DNA of 60,099 nt from a virus (lineage: Duplodnaviria; Caudoviricetes): the IMG/VR virus record IMGVR_UViG_3300044631_002674, positions 1 through 60,099 of that record. One strand, given 5' to 3'. The stretch's first letter is position 1; every line of letters begins with the position of its first letter. Both the position numbers and the translations under genes were made by a program. This document shows positions 27,901 to 40,039 of the stretch, in pieces. The notes under the pieces are model-generated. The model had not been told where the DNA came from, did not search any database, and worked only from the letters and a program-made list of their open reading frames with translations.

Positions 27901-29008
27901 AACAACTGCTCAAACTTTTGGTGTCACAAGCAGGGCGCACGCAAAACGTCTTGGTGAACACATTATTTACTCGACAATTAATGAAGATGAAAATGTGGCA
28001 TTTGTTGGAGGGTTGGAAACTCTTCTTTGCAGGCCAGGCGATCTTATTGCGATCAATGATAACGTTAAAACTTTAAAAAATCATGTGGGGCGTGTTTTAA
28101 ATGTTGACCCAATTAATAATTCTATATATACTAATGTTTCTCTTAAATCATCTGATTTTAGCTCTTCTGGACTAACTGGAGAAATTTCAGTCTTAATTCC
28201 TACTGGGAAATTACAATCGGAAGACTTTTACAATCTGGCTAAATCTCCAGACGCTTTAAGTATTTCTGAAATTTATCAAACAGACATTCCTATTAGAGTT
28301 ACTTTTCAAGCAACGGGAACTCAGTTAATGGACTCATCTCCAGCTTTGGATTATGGTTCCAACTTCTTTATTGACACGGGGTGCTCTGGCTATCCATTAT
28401 TTCAACAAATCCGCGCTGGAACTCCATGCTCGATCACTATTGCAAATACCAAACAGCAAATCTATAAAATACAGTCAATCAAAGAATTAAACTTAAACGA
28501 ATATGAAGTAATTGCTTCTAAATTTGATACTGGCAAATTCAGCGAGATTGAAAGCGGGGAAACGGGGCTGATGCAAGACTTTTTCTCTGCTTTCCCTAGT
28601 TCAAGAAATACTAGTGTGAGCGAAGGTAGTGGCGAACTCTTACAAAATAAATTTAAATATGATTTGGCTTTCCCAAATATTTTGGCATTTAGAACTGGAA
28701 ATTGGGATATGCAATCCGATACAGCAGATTTGTCTGGAAGATGGAGCGCTGTTCCAAATGCTGATTGCTATAATGTTGAATTAGTAACTCCTAAATTCAA
28801 GAGCATAAAACAAACAGTAACAGGAACATCTGCTATTTTTGAAGATCAAACTGAAGTTGGCAGGTTTACATTAAAGGTAACGGCCAGAAATACTGGCTCT
28901 TACCCTAACCCCATATCTGCCACATCATTTTCTACCGCCACCGTGCTTTCTTACTCTGCCCCAGTAAGAAATAATGGAATTATTCAGGGGTTTGTAATAA
29001 ATAGATAA
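24959..29008 (+). CDS. tail tip / host-specificity protein J-like
   Basis: [69 protein letters not shown]. Confidence 0.92.
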   Translation: MNHFSKKYINGIVGAGGGGGGSSSPPPPPTLKPPKLGDLQAVSSYDYSESIDLISDGEIDGFVDPKGRYVENIRLFESVYLEDVVVRQSVDESSSEIKFEYDLSFIQTALDNRFYNNGSFVETSISDLSSFSANNGAGISCSFLSSKNDIASSIFATLSKINSDYTLSSSNKDSDIFKQLRILNSQFNFLSEREVQTYLLPDYPDNLVDEYPFVSLKVSFEVPLDSSYVFSIDDLFQFENDVYNQIYFDLESTELQNKKILSPKKAINLTYFALRDGAFYLSGDFYLFIYKRDGYLLQNGIDAIIKEVQAAKIIRTFAKFNYSNVSLETRNGQDLQKPLSLFNKTYLTKDYGTKLKGPFQKGQPVLTLLNAEFNTADTRYNQNSAASSSGKLSDSEVVIAQSYITQTEYNDYKNLHTYLFRNDSSFEADVSAVNNNGASNQGWYFKNISISTDIISAQFFAIGTGTLNITISFDKNTKIFNRYYIYNVNGGTQYSYPFVNEGTTYITSSSQFDSYYWNNTPEMFSTLCRVLLDKSLSVEGSSDTRKTDASTLVSFSDWNKDYTKYSYEPSSRITHVILNPNVEQVFLTININALGDTAQQNMTLLKSDGVNESVEAGASIPSVIEFMVEAGYQSLDGTEEVSLQRRYQIRGLINSPVYIDVGREENAQAIQQYSRFILGTENIAQPISIPKSQNGKTRFVRIYRLTYESYSSLVRREIYLQKITEIINAPFSYPYSAICGLKLDARSLSSIPSRSYDARFKKVFVPSNYFPLKSNGQDKRYILGSDLSVFNSLSPLDDDKIIYRDNWDGTFKLSWTDNPVWILFDILINRRYGLGNFISPSEINYWELYKIGRYCDAVDSNGVFVGVSAADGGLEPRYAFNGVIADKVNVFESLKSLIASFRGNMFYTNSEINFTNDRLKPIMAFFNNANVKDGMFNYANERRDLQYNVIEVTYLDRDDLFKQKIEYVEDPDDIKARGILRTTAQTFGVTSRAHAKRLGEHIIYSTINEDENVAFVGGLETLLCRPGDLIAINDNVKTLKNHVGRVLNVDPINNSIYTNVSLKSSDFSSSGLTGEISVLIPTGKLQSEDFYNLAKSPDALSISEIYQTDIPIRVTFQATGTQLMDSSPALDYGSNFFIDTGCSGYPLFQQIRAGTPCSITIANTKQQIYKIQSIKELNLNEYEVIASKFDTGKFSEIESGETGLMQDFFSAFPSSRNTSVSEGSGELLQNKFKYDLAFPNILAFRTGNWDMQSDTADLSGRWSAVPNADCYNVELVTPKFKSIKQTVTGTSAIFEDQTEVGRFTLKVTARNTGSYPNPISATSFSTATVLSYSAPVRNNGIIQGFVINR

Positions 29009-29009
29009 T

Positions 29010-30856
<1,847 letters not shown>

Positions 30857-30875
<19 letters not shown>

Positions 30876-31102
30876 TTAAATGGCTTAAATATCAAGTAGT
30901 CTGGCTGATTCTCTTTTTCTTTGTATTTGTTTTTAAATACAATTACATTTTGAGTAATCGTTTCTCCATTTGAATCTTGCAATACTATCTTACCAGATAG
31001 GTATTTATTATTCTTGCCCTGTTTCAGCCACAGGCTCCCCAGATTGTTTTTCGACCAATTCGTAGAATTGTTTTGTTGCTTCGATGAAGTCTTTTCTTGC
31101 AT
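30857..31102 (-). CDS. DUF736-like small protein
   Basis: LGSLWLK....KYLSGKI...[12 protein letters not shown]. Confidence 0.6.
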
Positions 31103-31214
31103 GTCGTGGAACCTTGTTATATTGCTTTTTCAAGCGCCGATAAACTCTTTTGTTAATGGCGTTGCTTTCTGGATTTGTGATTGCTCTTAATTGTTTTGCG
31201 ACTGTTTTTCTCAT
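31008..31214 (-). CDS. hypothetical basic protein
   Basis: 68 aa; ATGA overlap upstream, long overlap downstream. Confidence 0.55.
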   Translation of the reverse strand: MRKTVAKQLRAITNPESNAINKRVYRRLKKQYNKVPRHARKDFIEATKQFYELVEKQSGEPVAETGQE

Positions 31215-31666
31215 ATTCTTTTAATATACGATTCTGAATCTTTTTTAAATCCCATTTTTTGATAAATTTTTTTCAATCTAGATGAAACTGGATGATTTTC
31301 CACGCAATTCATGACTATATATTTAATCTCTTTATTTTTTGCAAACTCAAGAGCCTTCCAATAGAGCGCTATTGATGCTTTCGGATTTTTACTGATCCAA
31401 AAGTTTTCCAAAAATATTCTTTCGTTCAAAAAAGGATTTCTCAAATCTGAGAATATTATAATGCCATCAGCGCGATTTTTATCAATATTTGCCCAACAAT
31501 GAATACTGTTATTTAACAAAGAGTCGTGAGCAAATGAATCAATAACAGATTGTGCGCAAATTGGTAGATAATTATGTCCAAACTTACGATTCTCTTCTTG
31601 AAAGAGAACGTCTAAATCTTTCCAAGCTTTTTCAAATTCTTGGGCAGAAACTATTTTCTTGATCAT
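31211..31666 (-). CDS. GNAT-fold acetyltransferase-like protein
   Basis: ENFWIS...LYWKALEFAK...LKKIYQKMGFK. Confidence 0.6.
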   Translation of the reverse strand: MIKKIVSAQEFEKAWKDLDVLFQEENRKFGHNYLPICAQSVIDSFAHDSLLNNSIHCWANIDKNRADGIIIFSDLRNPFLNERIFLENFWISKNPKASIALYWKALEFAKNKEIKYIVMNCVENHPVSSRLKKIYQKMGFKKDSESYIKRI

Positions 31667-32397
31667 TTTGACGCAAGAGCAAGAAGCTTGCGGCTTTCCT
31701 TGATTGGAATGTCTTCAAAAGAGTTCCAATTAGCAGCCTCTTCATTCTTGTATGTTTCATCCTTCCACATCTTTCTCAGGTGTTTTTTAAAGGATTCAAA
31801 GTCTTGGCAACCAAGATTTTGTTTGGCTGCATTTCTAAGAGCGTGTTGTGGAGTTAGGGACTGAACAATCGCTTCACTTTCTTCATAAGCGACTTTATTT
31901 TTAGACTTATCAATTTCATCATCTCCAACGATATGAATATTAAGGTAATTGCGCACAGCGCGAACAAAGGCGCGGTTTTCAGCGATTGGCTCAAGAAATT
32001 TGACGCCAAATCCTGAACAGTTTTCAAAAGTAGCATTGGCTGTGCTGCTAAATGTTTGAGAATTGCCATCGCTTTCATAGTTGGGCACCCAAGAAATCGT
32101 GCAAACTGCTGTGGCATATTGGGAAGAAACTGTTTCAATTTTAAATTGAACATCAAGAAATCCCCTAAGTCTTGCAAGTTCTTTAATACCAGCCAGCTTA
32201 ACAAGAAGCTGATGATCTCCCAAGCCCTCAATAGAATCTGGAACTTGCAGTTTGCGAGTTTCAAACCAATCCTTGTTCGGATAGAGATGTTCTGGCTTGA
32301 TCATTGCCCGCCAGTTAATTGAGCCGTCTTCGTTAAACTTGTATTCGACGCCTTCAATAAGGCCGAGTGCGTTACGCTTGTATTGATTAGGATTCAT
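31663..32397 (-). CDS. hypothetical protein, possible ssDNA-annealing protein
   Basis: LVKLAGIKELA...AENRAFVRAVRNYLNI...EI; TTGACA-17-TATAAT promoter at 32435-32463. Confidence 0.5.
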   Translation of the reverse strand: MNPNQYKRNALGLIEGVEYKFNEDGSINWRAMIKPEHLYPNKDWFETRKLQVPDSIEGLGDHQLLVKLAGIKELARLRGFLDVQFKIETVSSQYATAVCTISWVPNYESDGNSQTFSSTANATFENCSGFGVKFLEPIAENRAFVRAVRNYLNIHIVGDDEIDKSKNKVAYEESEAIVQSLTPQHALRNAAKQNLGCQDFESFKKHLRKMWKDETYKNEEAANWNSFEDIPIKESRKLLALASK

Positions 32398-33550
32398 AAA
32401 TAAAATAGTGATCTAAGTCTGTCCAGAAGGATTCATTATAGATCACATCAGAAGCTCTGTCAACAAAAACTTTGTCTAAATCAACATGCGCCTTGGAAGG
32501 ATAACGCTTGCCGTTTGAAAAAATATCTTTTTTAGTCAAAAATTTCAAATTTGGAATCTTGGAAAGATTATTAATTGTTTCTTGATTCGGAGGATCGTCA
32601 AGCTCCACTCTAAAATCAAAATAGAAGTTTCTGATTTCCGCAAGATTTTGTTTATTTTTTGTGCTGCACGAAATATCAACGCCAAGATTCTTAACAGATT
32701 CAAGATATTGATTGCTAAAATCACTTGTGTTTTCTATTTGAAAAGTGACTTTTTTAATATTTTTTTTGCATTGAGACAAGAGTTGCAAATTAATTGGTTT
32801 TGCGGAAATGATGTGGCAAGCATAATTTGAACACCAAGCCAGTAAATTATTTTCATTGTGAAAATAATCCATTCTGATATTGATCATTCTATTCTTTAAT
32901 TCTTCTGCAAAACCGTAAAAGTCTGGAATGATTTCGACCACCCCTTGAGAATAAGACTCTCCAATGAATTTTGTATTGATGCTTTTGGTGTATGGAATTT
33001 TTAATAATTCACAGACATTTTTTACAACATCTTCTGGCTTGATGGTGTTAATTGATTTAGGCTTTTCATAATAACTATAGCTTGGCTTGCGACCATTTCT
33101 ATCAGCTTCTAAAATGCGCACTTTATCTGGACTGCTCCAGTATGGATGGGCATGACTTGGATAAATGTGAGAATAAAGAACAACAATTGGAACATCGAAA
33201 GCGCTTGCTTGATGAATTGGAAAACTATCAATGCCCAAATGCAGGCTTGAATTTTTAACAATATATGATGTTTGCTTTCTAGAAAAACCAAGGAAAGATT
33301 TGTCAATCAATGGCAGTTGCGGGTCTTCTCCGCCGCCAATTTGATAAATTTTATAGCCCAATGGGCGCAAAAGATTTTTCAAAAGCTCTATGACTTCTGG
33401 AAAGAATTCATAAAACTTGGAATCAATTTTGTTATCAACGTGAACAGTGATATATTTGTCGTCAACAACAGGAATATAATGGGTTGGAAAAATTGGCTTG
33501 CCAATTTTCACTCCAAGATTTTTGGCGTATTCCTCAATTAAATGGCTCAT
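32387..33550 (-). CDS. glycosyltransferase family 9-like protein
   Basis: IYQIGG.ED, LHLGIDSFPIHQASAFDVPIVVLY, IKPEDV. Confidence 0.8.
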   Translation of the reverse strand: MSHLIEEYAKNLGVKIGKPIFPTHYIPVVDDKYITVHVDNKIDSKFYEFFPEVIELLKNLLRPLGYKIYQIGGGEDPQLPLIDKSFLGFSRKQTSYIVKNSSLHLGIDSFPIHQASAFDVPIVVLYSHIYPSHAHPYWSSPDKVRILEADRNGRKPSYSYYEKPKSINTIKPEDVVKNVCELLKIPYTKSINTKFIGESYSQGVVEIIPDFYGFAEELKNRMINIRMDYFHNENNLLAWCSNYACHIISAKPINLQLLSQCKKNIKKVTFQIENTSDFSNQYLESVKNLGVDISCSTKNKQNLAEIRNFYFDFRVELDDPPNQETINNLSKIPNLKFLTKKDIFSNGKRYPSKAHVDLDKVFVDRASDVIYNESFWTDLDHYFIYES

Positions 33551-33551
33551 T

Positions 33552-33944
33552 TTAGTCTCCTTTTTCTACGCGAATAGAATCACTATCTTCGTGGTGAGTT
33601 GAAAATTCCATGATTTCAGAATCTTCCAAGGCCAAGAGGCGATGCCTTAATCCAGTTGGGACATGAAAAATATCACCAACAGAAAGCTCTTGCACAATTG
33701 CCGCGCCAATATCATTACTATAGCCGTAGTATAAAACTACAGAACCTTTGTTGATATAGAATGTTTCTGTCTTTTTTTCGTGATAGTGCCAAGATAATTT
33801 CTTGCCTTTATGCATGAATAAAAGCTTGCCGCAATAATCGTCACGATTAACAATCCATTTTTCGTATCCCCAACCTTTCGGGACGAAATGAGAGGTTTTC
33901 CAGCCTTCGCTAGAGAAGTTGGAGTTGAGTTCTATCTTTTCCAT
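33552..33944 (-). CDS. cupin, sugar isomerase-like (mannose-6-phosphate isomerase type)
   Basis: VPKGWGYEKW, LSWHYHEKKTETFY, HVPTGLRHRL, EFSTHH. Confidence 0.8.
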   Translation of the reverse strand: MEKIELNSNFSSEGWKTSHFVPKGWGYEKWIVNRDDYCGKLLFMHKGKKLSWHYHEKKTETFYINKGSVVLYYGYSNDIGAAIVQELSVGDIFHVPTGLRHRLLALEDSEIMEFSTHHEDSDSIRVEKGD

Positions 33945-35799
33945 TATGTTGATATGTGAAATGTCTTTGTGTTGTGATGAATGGCAAAAACGCCAATTCA
34001 AAATATCCTTTGTGTTCTCCTTGCCCCTCTAAAAACAATAGATTGTCGAAAATTGGAGAGTATGGTAATACTTTATGAACCGCTGGATGTTCATCAACAA
34101 TCTCGAAAAATTGAGGCAAGGTAATAAAGTAGATGTTGTGATCTGGATACAATGCTTTGAGATTTTGGAGCAATGAATTAACCATTAACACATCTCCTGC
34201 TGATTGCGGCATAACTACAGCGATTCTTTTGCCCTCATCGTCTTTATCTAAAACGTCTCCAATATCAATCGTTTTTTGCTCTGGCTTGGCTGCTGTATGG
34301 CGAAAATGATTAAGAACTTGTTCTCTGTTCAAGTCAGATTTTAACCTATCTACCCAATGTAAACATCCTTGATTATGCTTGTCAACTGTCTCTCCTAGAA
34401 TATTAGCGTAAAGATCAATAACCCATTCGGCATTGTTTTCTATATTTGGGGGCTGATAATTAGGATTTTTGGATTTTGGCGCGAAACTCCAATTTTCCAC
34501 AAGAGGAGCTTTATCAAATAAATCTTCTAGCTGCTTGCATATAACTTCAATCGAGCAATGGTCAACAACAAACTGTCTGGCTCTTTTGCCAAGTTCCGCC
34601 CGCTTTTCAGGCTTCATGTTGTAAACCTTACTTAACTGCTTGCAAATGCTAAAGGCGTTTGTGGAGGCTTTAATAAATTGAGTTCCTGGCTCTCTGTATT
34701 CTGACCAATCTAAAGGTAATCCTCCGCTTTCTTCTGTGCAGTAATCCTCGCCACAAGAATAGTTTGTAACAAGAGTAATTAGTTCTGCCAGTTTTGCTTC
34801 TTGCACGGGAATTTCTTGACCCCCGCTGGTAAATGGATGGCAATAAACATCCATGAGGTTGTAAATCTCATTCAATTGAACCTCATTAACGCCATGAACA
34901 ATATTGGTTGTGGAAACGCTTTTTTCGGCGTTGCAGAATTTGCATTTTAAATCCTGACCTTGAAACGATTTAATCTCGTATTGGCGGCAATTTTTACAAA
35001 AATAAGTTGTTAAAATGTCTGATCCGTTAATTCCTTTTTCTCTCAAGAGTCTTGGAATGTCCCAACCTTCTGCCCAGTGAGTGTGCAGTAGTAGTTTTGC
35101 TTTTGAATCTGGATTTTTTAATTTAAATTCAGAAAAACCATCAAGCATATTTGGCACGCTTTTTCTAAGCTGGTTTCTGAATACAAAACCAATAATAAAA
35201 TTATCTCTTAATCCAAATCTATTTCTGAGTTCGGATTTCGCTTTCTGGCCAAGATTATAGAATTGATTAGTGTCAAGCGTTCCATGAAGGGTTTTGACAT
35301 GATCGTATCCCATCTCTTTTAGAGCCTTTTCAGCAAACGATGCCCATACATAGTAGTTCTTTACCTTTGGGGCTGCATCAACAGCGTCAGGGAGGATTGG
35401 AAGCGAATCTAGAGTAGTCCAGATAATAGATGTGATATGATTCCACCAAGGCTTGTCCCAAAACCCATTAAAGGCCCAAATATCTTCAATGCCAACATAA
35501 ACATCTGGTTTGAGTTTCTCAATGGCATTATCAATGCCATAGGCTCCATAATTAGCAGCTCTTTCTTTTGTTCCGTCTCCCTTGATCTGTCCCAATACAT
35601 TTTGGTTTGGAAGCGAGCCGTAGCATTCCCAAGGTTGGGATTTGCAATCTGGAGCGTCCCAAGGCAAGCCATTAGCAAATTCTATAAGTTCATATTTGCC
35701 AGTTTCATGAAGTTTGCGCAAAATATTTTTATTATTTTTCCCGAATCCAGTGAATAATCGGGAAAAATTTGTATGAAATAGAATTCGCTTTTTTCTCAT
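33910..35799 (-). CDS. glycosyltransferase family 4 with Zn-ribbon insert and C-terminal GT9-like segment
   Basis: TGFGK, RNQLRK, YNLMDVYCHPFTSGGQEIPVQEA; CKNC...CKFC; PQSAGDVL...LKALYPD. Confidence 0.8.
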   Translation of the reverse strand: MRKKRILFHTNFSRLFTGFGKNNKNILRKLHETGKYELIEFANGLPWDAPDCKSQPWECYGSLPNQNVLGQIKGDGTKERAANYGAYGIDNAIEKLKPDVYVGIEDIWAFNGFWDKPWWNHITSIIWTTLDSLPILPDAVDAAPKVKNYYVWASFAEKALKEMGYDHVKTLHGTLDTNQFYNLGQKAKSELRNRFGLRDNFIIGFVFRNQLRKSVPNMLDGFSEFKLKNPDSKAKLLLHTHWAEGWDIPRLLREKGINGSDILTTYFCKNCRQYEIKSFQGQDLKCKFCNAEKSVSTTNIVHGVNEVQLNEIYNLMDVYCHPFTSGGQEIPVQEAKLAELITLVTNYSCGEDYCTEESGGLPLDWSEYREPGTQFIKASTNAFSICKQLSKVYNMKPEKRAELGKRARQFVVDHCSIEVICKQLEDLFDKAPLVENWSFAPKSKNPNYQPPNIENNAEWVIDLYANILGETVDKHNQGCLHWVDRLKSDLNREQVLNHFRHTAAKPEQKTIDIGDVLDKDDEGKRIAVVMPQSAGDVLMVNSLLQNLKALYPDHNIYFITLPQFFEIVDEHPAVHKVLPYSPIFDNLLFLEGQGEHKGYFELAFLPFITTQRHFTYQHNGKDRTQLQLL

Positions 35800-35800
35800 G

Positions 35801-36259
35801 TTATTCCGATGCTTGATTCTTCGATTCAAAAATCTTGACTAGGCATGTTTCAAGGAAAACCCGAAGAGCTTCGGCTTCTGAAAGCTCAACGCCCATACCA
35901 AACTTTTGATTTCCATTTCTAGAAACAGAAAATGAAAAAGCATCAGCGCCGTCCTTTTTCTTATATCTCGTCCAAGAAATCTGGGTCTTGTTTTCTTCAA
36001 ATGAATGGAATGCTTTCCATTCTCCATAAGTGCGGATGGCATGAATAAGACCGCCGATTTCATTTTCGTTCAGCTTGATGGCAATGGTCTTTTCGGGGTT
36101 TTCGCGATTGCCAGAGAATGATCCGTTCTTGGTCTGTTCGTTCCAAGAAAACTGCTGGATTCCATTGACATAAACTGTTGGTTGTCCCTTGTTAGAAAGC
36201 TGGAACGAGAAAGCGCATCCAGTATTTTTGCTGTTTGGTTTATAGAAGGCTAAATTCAT
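35801..36259 (-). CDS. Whirly/PC4-like ssDNA-binding protein (putative)
   Basis: FYKP..., IKLNENEIGGLI, AFHS, FSFSV, VELSEAEALRVF pattern. Confidence 0.5.
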   Translation of the reverse strand: MNLAFYKPNSKNTGCAFSFQLSNKGQPTVYVNGIQQFSWNEQTKNGSFSGNRENPEKTIAIKLNENEIGGLIHAIRTYGEWKAFHSFEENKTQISWTRYKKKDGADAFSFSVSRNGNQKFGMGVELSEAEALRVFLETCLVKIFESKNQASE

Positions 36260-36311
36260 ATACGATAATACGAAATCTATAAAATGTTTCCACTTGTTAT
36301 TATAATTAAAT

Positions 36312-37274
36312 ATGAAAAAAGAAGTTTTATGCTTGCTGCCAGATTATGTTTTAAATAGCCCCATTTTCCACGCATGGGAGTCTTTTTTGCTTTCGCAAGA
36401 GATAGTCGTTAATAAAATTTCTGTGACTGGCGGATGTAAAGACTATTTAAAGTTATTTAAAGAAAGCAATAACATCATAACTTGGAATTGTAGAACGAAA
36501 CATTCTTGGATAGAAGAGCAAAAAAAGAATGTTTTATTTATAGATAACTCTTTGTTAATTCAGGCTTCTGGAATTTATTTAGATAATGGAGGTTTTTTTT
36601 CAGACTCTAATTTAAAAAAGAGAAGCTCGGAAGTTGAGCTTTTAACTCCAGAGGACGAGGAAAATATCAAAAATATTGTTTTGAAAAAATTTAATTACGA
36701 ATTTTTCTCTCATAACTCAAGCAATAATAAAGTATTGGTGGCTTTGCAGCATCATTTGGATTCAAATATTAATTTCCAATTCCCATTCGGGGAAAAATTC
36801 CACGACAAAATTGAAGCAACTCTATGCTTTATCAAAACGTTTTTGCCAAAAAATTATGAAGTAGTTATCCGCCCTCATCCAAGATTTTTAAACCATTGGA
36901 ATGATAATGTAGAAAAGTATAAGAAATCTTTTTGGGAGAATGATTGGCAAATTGACTTGTCTAAAAATGCGTATCGTCAACTTGACAATTATGGCTATTT
37001 AATATCTGTCAATTCGACTTTGGTTCAAGAAGCTGTTTGTCTAGGTATGCCAATTGCGACACTGGGAGTTGGGACATTTACTGGTCATAATGTAACTCTT
37101 GAGTGCTCGGAAAACTTTCTAAATCTTGGTGAATTAAGAAAATTCCAACCTTCGCGGCAATCTACCCTGCAATATATAGCTAAAATATTGAAATATAATA
37201 TTTTACACCACCAAGACTCTTCCGAGAAGATTCTGTCAAACCAAGAATGGTTAAAATTCTACAATAGAATTTAG
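36312..37274 (+). CDS. capsule polysaccharide modification KpsS/KpsC-like protein
   Basis: VALQHHLDSNI, VIRPHP, SVNSTLVQEAVCLGMPIATLG. Confidence 0.75.
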   Translation: MKKEVLCLLPDYVLNSPIFHAWESFLLSQEIVVNKISVTGGCKDYLKLFKESNNIITWNCRTKHSWIEEQKKNVLFIDNSLLIQASGIYLDNGGFFSDSNLKKRSSEVELLTPEDEENIKNIVLKKFNYEFFSHNSSNNKVLVALQHHLDSNINFQFPFGEKFHDKIEATLCFIKTFLPKNYEVVIRPHPRFLNHWNDNVEKYKKSFWENDWQIDLSKNAYRQLDNYGYLISVNSTLVQEAVCLGMPIATLGVGTFTGHNVTLECSENFLNLGELRKFQPSRQSTLQYIAKILKYNILHHQDSSEKILSNQEWLKFYNRI

Positions 37275-37838
37275 TTACCAATTTATGTTTGGAATTCTGC
37301 CGTCGAATCCTTGATGCGCTTCCATTGGGAAATATTTTTTTATTTTTTCAATATCTCCATTGTCCATATTTAATGTTGGCAAATCAACAGGTTGCTTTCT
37401 AACTATCACGCTTATGTTGTATCCATAAGTGCCCACTCTGGCATTTTGACAATCGAATCCAGATAAAATTAAACGATATAAAAGAATTCCAGCATTAAAC
37501 AAATTAATATGACCGCCCACAACTTGATGTTTTAGTGGTGGAACCGTCACCGCTAAAATGCCATTATCTCTTAAATCATTAAAGCATTTTTTTAAAAAAA
37601 GGTCTGGGTTGGGAACGTGTTCTAAAACATGACTGGCCCATATTGCATCAAACTTTTCAACATTGATTGAAAGATAGTCTCCAACAATATCTGCTGGAGG
37701 TTTTAAATTAACCGTGGTAACTTTTTTGCCATGCAGCTTCATGAATTCTGCCTGCTGCCCTTGTCCGCTTCCAATATCAAGAATATCTTGAATATCAGTA
37801 TAAAGCACCAATCTATCTAAACATTCCTTGGCTAACAT
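37275..37838 (-). CDS. class I SAM-dependent methyltransferase
   Basis: ILDIGSGQG, FDAIWASHVLEH, GILAVTVP. Confidence 0.88.
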   Translation of the reverse strand: MLAKECLDRLVLYTDIQDILDIGSGQGQQAEFMKLHGKKVTTVNLKPPADIVGDYLSINVEKFDAIWASHVLEHVPNPDLFLKKCFNDLRDNGILAVTVPPLKHQVVGGHINLFNAGILLYRLILSGFDCQNARVGTYGYNISVIVRKQPVDLPTLNMDNGDIEKIKKYFPMEAHQGFDGRIPNINW

Positions 37839-38221
37839 TATAGTTCAATTTTGACATTTGAGTTTTCAATTGTCTTGGGCTTGTCTGCAAAATGTTTTGC
37901 CCCTTTTCTTTTCTTTGAATAGTCTTCGAAGAATTTTTGCTTTACTGGGTCAATTCCACCAGCTTGTTCTGCGCGTTTTGCGCTCATTTCGGCGCTGTAG
38001 TCCAGCATGTCGCCAACTGAACCTTTCTTTGATGCAGTGCGCTCTACGAACTTCTGTGCGCTAAATTCGTCCGTTTTGGTATCAATGCTGGCGTTTGGGG
38101 CAAAAAATACTCTGTCCCATTTAAAACCATTAGAGTCAATGAATTCATGGACATCATTCATTCCTTGGAGAATCTCAACTTCTTCTCCAGTTTCGGGATT
38201 TCGATAACAGTAAATTGGCAT
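37838..38221 (-). CDS. FmdB-like hypothetical protein
   Basis: MPIY.Y...TGE..EI.Q.MND. Confidence 0.6.
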   Translation of the reverse strand: MPIYCYRNPETGEEVEILQGMNDVHEFIDSNGFKWDRVFFAPNASIDTKTDEFSAQKFVERTASKKGSVGDMLDYSAEMSAKRAEQAGGIDPVKQKFFEDYSKKRKGAKHFADKPKTIENSNVKIEL

Positions 38222-38236
38222 ATTGATTTTAAAATG

Positions 38237-38263
38237 AAAAAGCGGGTTTTTCAACCCGCTTTC
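38237..38263 (-). terminator. intrinsic terminator
   Basis: AAAGCGGGTT-gaaa-AACCCGCTTT hairpin on the minus strand, T-run follows, downstream of Hsp20. Confidence 0.75.
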
Positions 38264-38265
38264 TT

Positions 38266-38511
38266 TTATAGAATCTCAATAAACTTGCTTTGTTTTTGCT
38301 TGAATGGAATTTTGATTTCCAAGATGCCATCTTCAAGCTTTGCTGAAGCCCTGTCAATATCAGCTTCTTCTGGCAAAAGCCGTGAGATTCCAGACTTGCC
38401 GAATTTTTCATTGTTGGCCGAAATCACAAGACAATAATCTTCAAAACTGATTTGAATTTCATTCTTTTTATATCCTGGAGCTTTGATTAATAGTGTAATG
38501 TCTTCATTCAT
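38266..38511 (-). CDS. small heat-shock protein (Hsp20, bare alpha-crystallin domain)
   Basis: APGYKKNEIQI, LPEEAD....AKLEDGILEIKIP. Confidence 0.85.
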   Translation of the reverse strand: MNEDITLLIKAPGYKKNEIQISFEDYCLVISANNEKFGKSGISRLLPEEADIDRASAKLEDGILEIKIPFKQKQSKFIEIL

Positions 38512-39578
38512 AGGTGAGAAATGATTTGGTTTAAAGTTTTTTCGTATGTTAGCTCTTGTGAGAGTTTAATGCCATTTTCGTTTATTGTTCCAATTTTTTG
38601 TTCAGCTTTTTCAAATGCTTCAAATACCGACTCCTTGCTCCAATCCCACATAATTCCCTGATTATACATTTCGTTTTCTTTAAAAAAGACATTATCATAG
38701 ATCGGAATCGTGCCGCTTGGTTCAACAAGAATGCTATTTGATTCAGTTGCCCAATCTTTATGAGATGTTGCATTTAAAACAATAGACCACTTGCCAAGAC
38801 AGGTTGCATTAAAGCTTGGAAGATTCCATCCCTCGGCTCCAGAAAGGCCCGTAAGATCAATATCAATCGCATTCAGGAAATCATTAACTTCTGCATTGGT
38901 TTGCAGATAGGGTAAGAAATTAATGTTGCCATACCTCTTTCCTTGAAGAGTGGAAGAAATAAGTTGCTGCATTTGTTCTTCTTTAAAGAAGGGGTTGGTT
39001 ACACAGCAAGAGAGAAGATATTTTGGGTTATTGCCATACTTTTCCAACCATGTTTGGATGATTTTTGCCGTGTGCTTTCTCTTTTCAAACTTGCCCATGA
39101 GTCCAAAATGGATTCTTTCTGGCAAATACTTTTTACCAGTGATTTGAAAGCTTTGGTCAAAGCCTAGTTTAAAAGAAGCGCTATTGTCACATCCAGTATT
39201 CAAGAATTGTTTTGTCGCATAATCTCCGCAAAAGAAAGTTTTTGTTTGGAGCTTGGCGAGCTTCTTTTCAATAAAGGTTGGCTCGGAGGCTTCATAAAAA
39301 GTAACTAGATATTGCTTTTCAGTTTTGCGATTATCGCTTCCGTTCAAGTGCCAGAGTTTGATTGCTGGAACATCTTTCTCTAGAACGGAGAAGCGATTGT
39401 TCACTGCTGCTTGAAGCCAGAGGGCAAATTCTGGCTCAAGCTTGTGAGCGGAAGCGTCAATGTTCCCAATCGGAAAAAGGCCAACATCAATATTTTTGCG
39501 CCACATCTCGCGCAAAAGATTAATTGCCACGTTTCCGAACGAAAGGGAATTAATTGGAGCTTCAAAAATCAACTTCAT
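38508..39578 (-). CDS. glycosyltransferase family 4-like protein
   Basis: GKFEKRKH, SGAEGWNLP. Confidence 0.8.
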   Translation of the reverse strand: MKLIFEAPINSLSFGNVAINLLREMWRKNIDVGLFPIGNIDASAHKLEPEFALWLQAAVNNRFSVLEKDVPAIKLWHLNGSDNRKTEKQYLVTFYEASEPTFIEKKLAKLQTKTFFCGDYATKQFLNTGCDNSASFKLGFDQSFQITGKKYLPERIHFGLMGKFEKRKHTAKIIQTWLEKYGNNPKYLLSCCVTNPFFKEEQMQQLISSTLQGKRYGNINFLPYLQTNAEVNDFLNAIDIDLTGLSGAEGWNLPSFNATCLGKWSIVLNATSHKDWATESNSILVEPSGTIPIYDNVFFKENEMYNQGIMWDWSKESVFEAFEKAEQKIGTINENGIKLSQELTYEKTLNQIISHL

Positions 39579-39581
39579 AAA

Positions 39582-40031
39582 TTAAAATGGAATGTCGTCA
39601 CCTTCTTCGCCTTCACCGCCAGTGGAAGGCTCCTCTTCATCAACATTTGCAACGACCTTCTTTGGGGCAGGAGCTTTTGCAGATGATGGCGCGGAAGCAG
39701 TTGTCTTTTCGCTTTTTTCAAAGCGAGGAACGAATGAAACCTTATCAGCCACAATAAAGGTTTTTGTCACTTTCTGACCTTCCTTATTCTGATAAGAGTC
39801 GGACGACAAACGACCATCAACAATAACACTAGAACCCTTCTTTAGAACCTTGGCGCAAGTTTCTCCTTGCTTGTCCCATACATCAACACTGATGTAGATT
39901 GGGTCTTTAGAATCGTCCTTGTAGTTTTCCTTGTGAGCAATACGAAGAGAGCAGATAGTCTTTCCTGTTTTTGTATGGCGCACTTCGGGGTCAGCGGTCA
40001 AAAAGCCGTATAGAATTGTTTTATTTACCAT
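39582..40031 (-). CDS. ssb: single-stranded DNA-binding protein
   Basis: NKTILYGFLTADPEVR, KKGSSVIVDGRL, C-terminal DDIPF. Confidence 0.93.
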   Translation of the reverse strand: MVNKTILYGFLTADPEVRHTKTGKTICSLRIAHKENYKDDSKDPIYISVDVWDKQGETCAKVLKKGSSVIVDGRLSSDSYQNKEGQKVTKTFIVADKVSFVPRFEKSEKTTASAPSSAKAPAPKKVVANVDEEEPSTGGEGEEGDDIPF

Positions 40032-40039
40032 GTTTTTGT

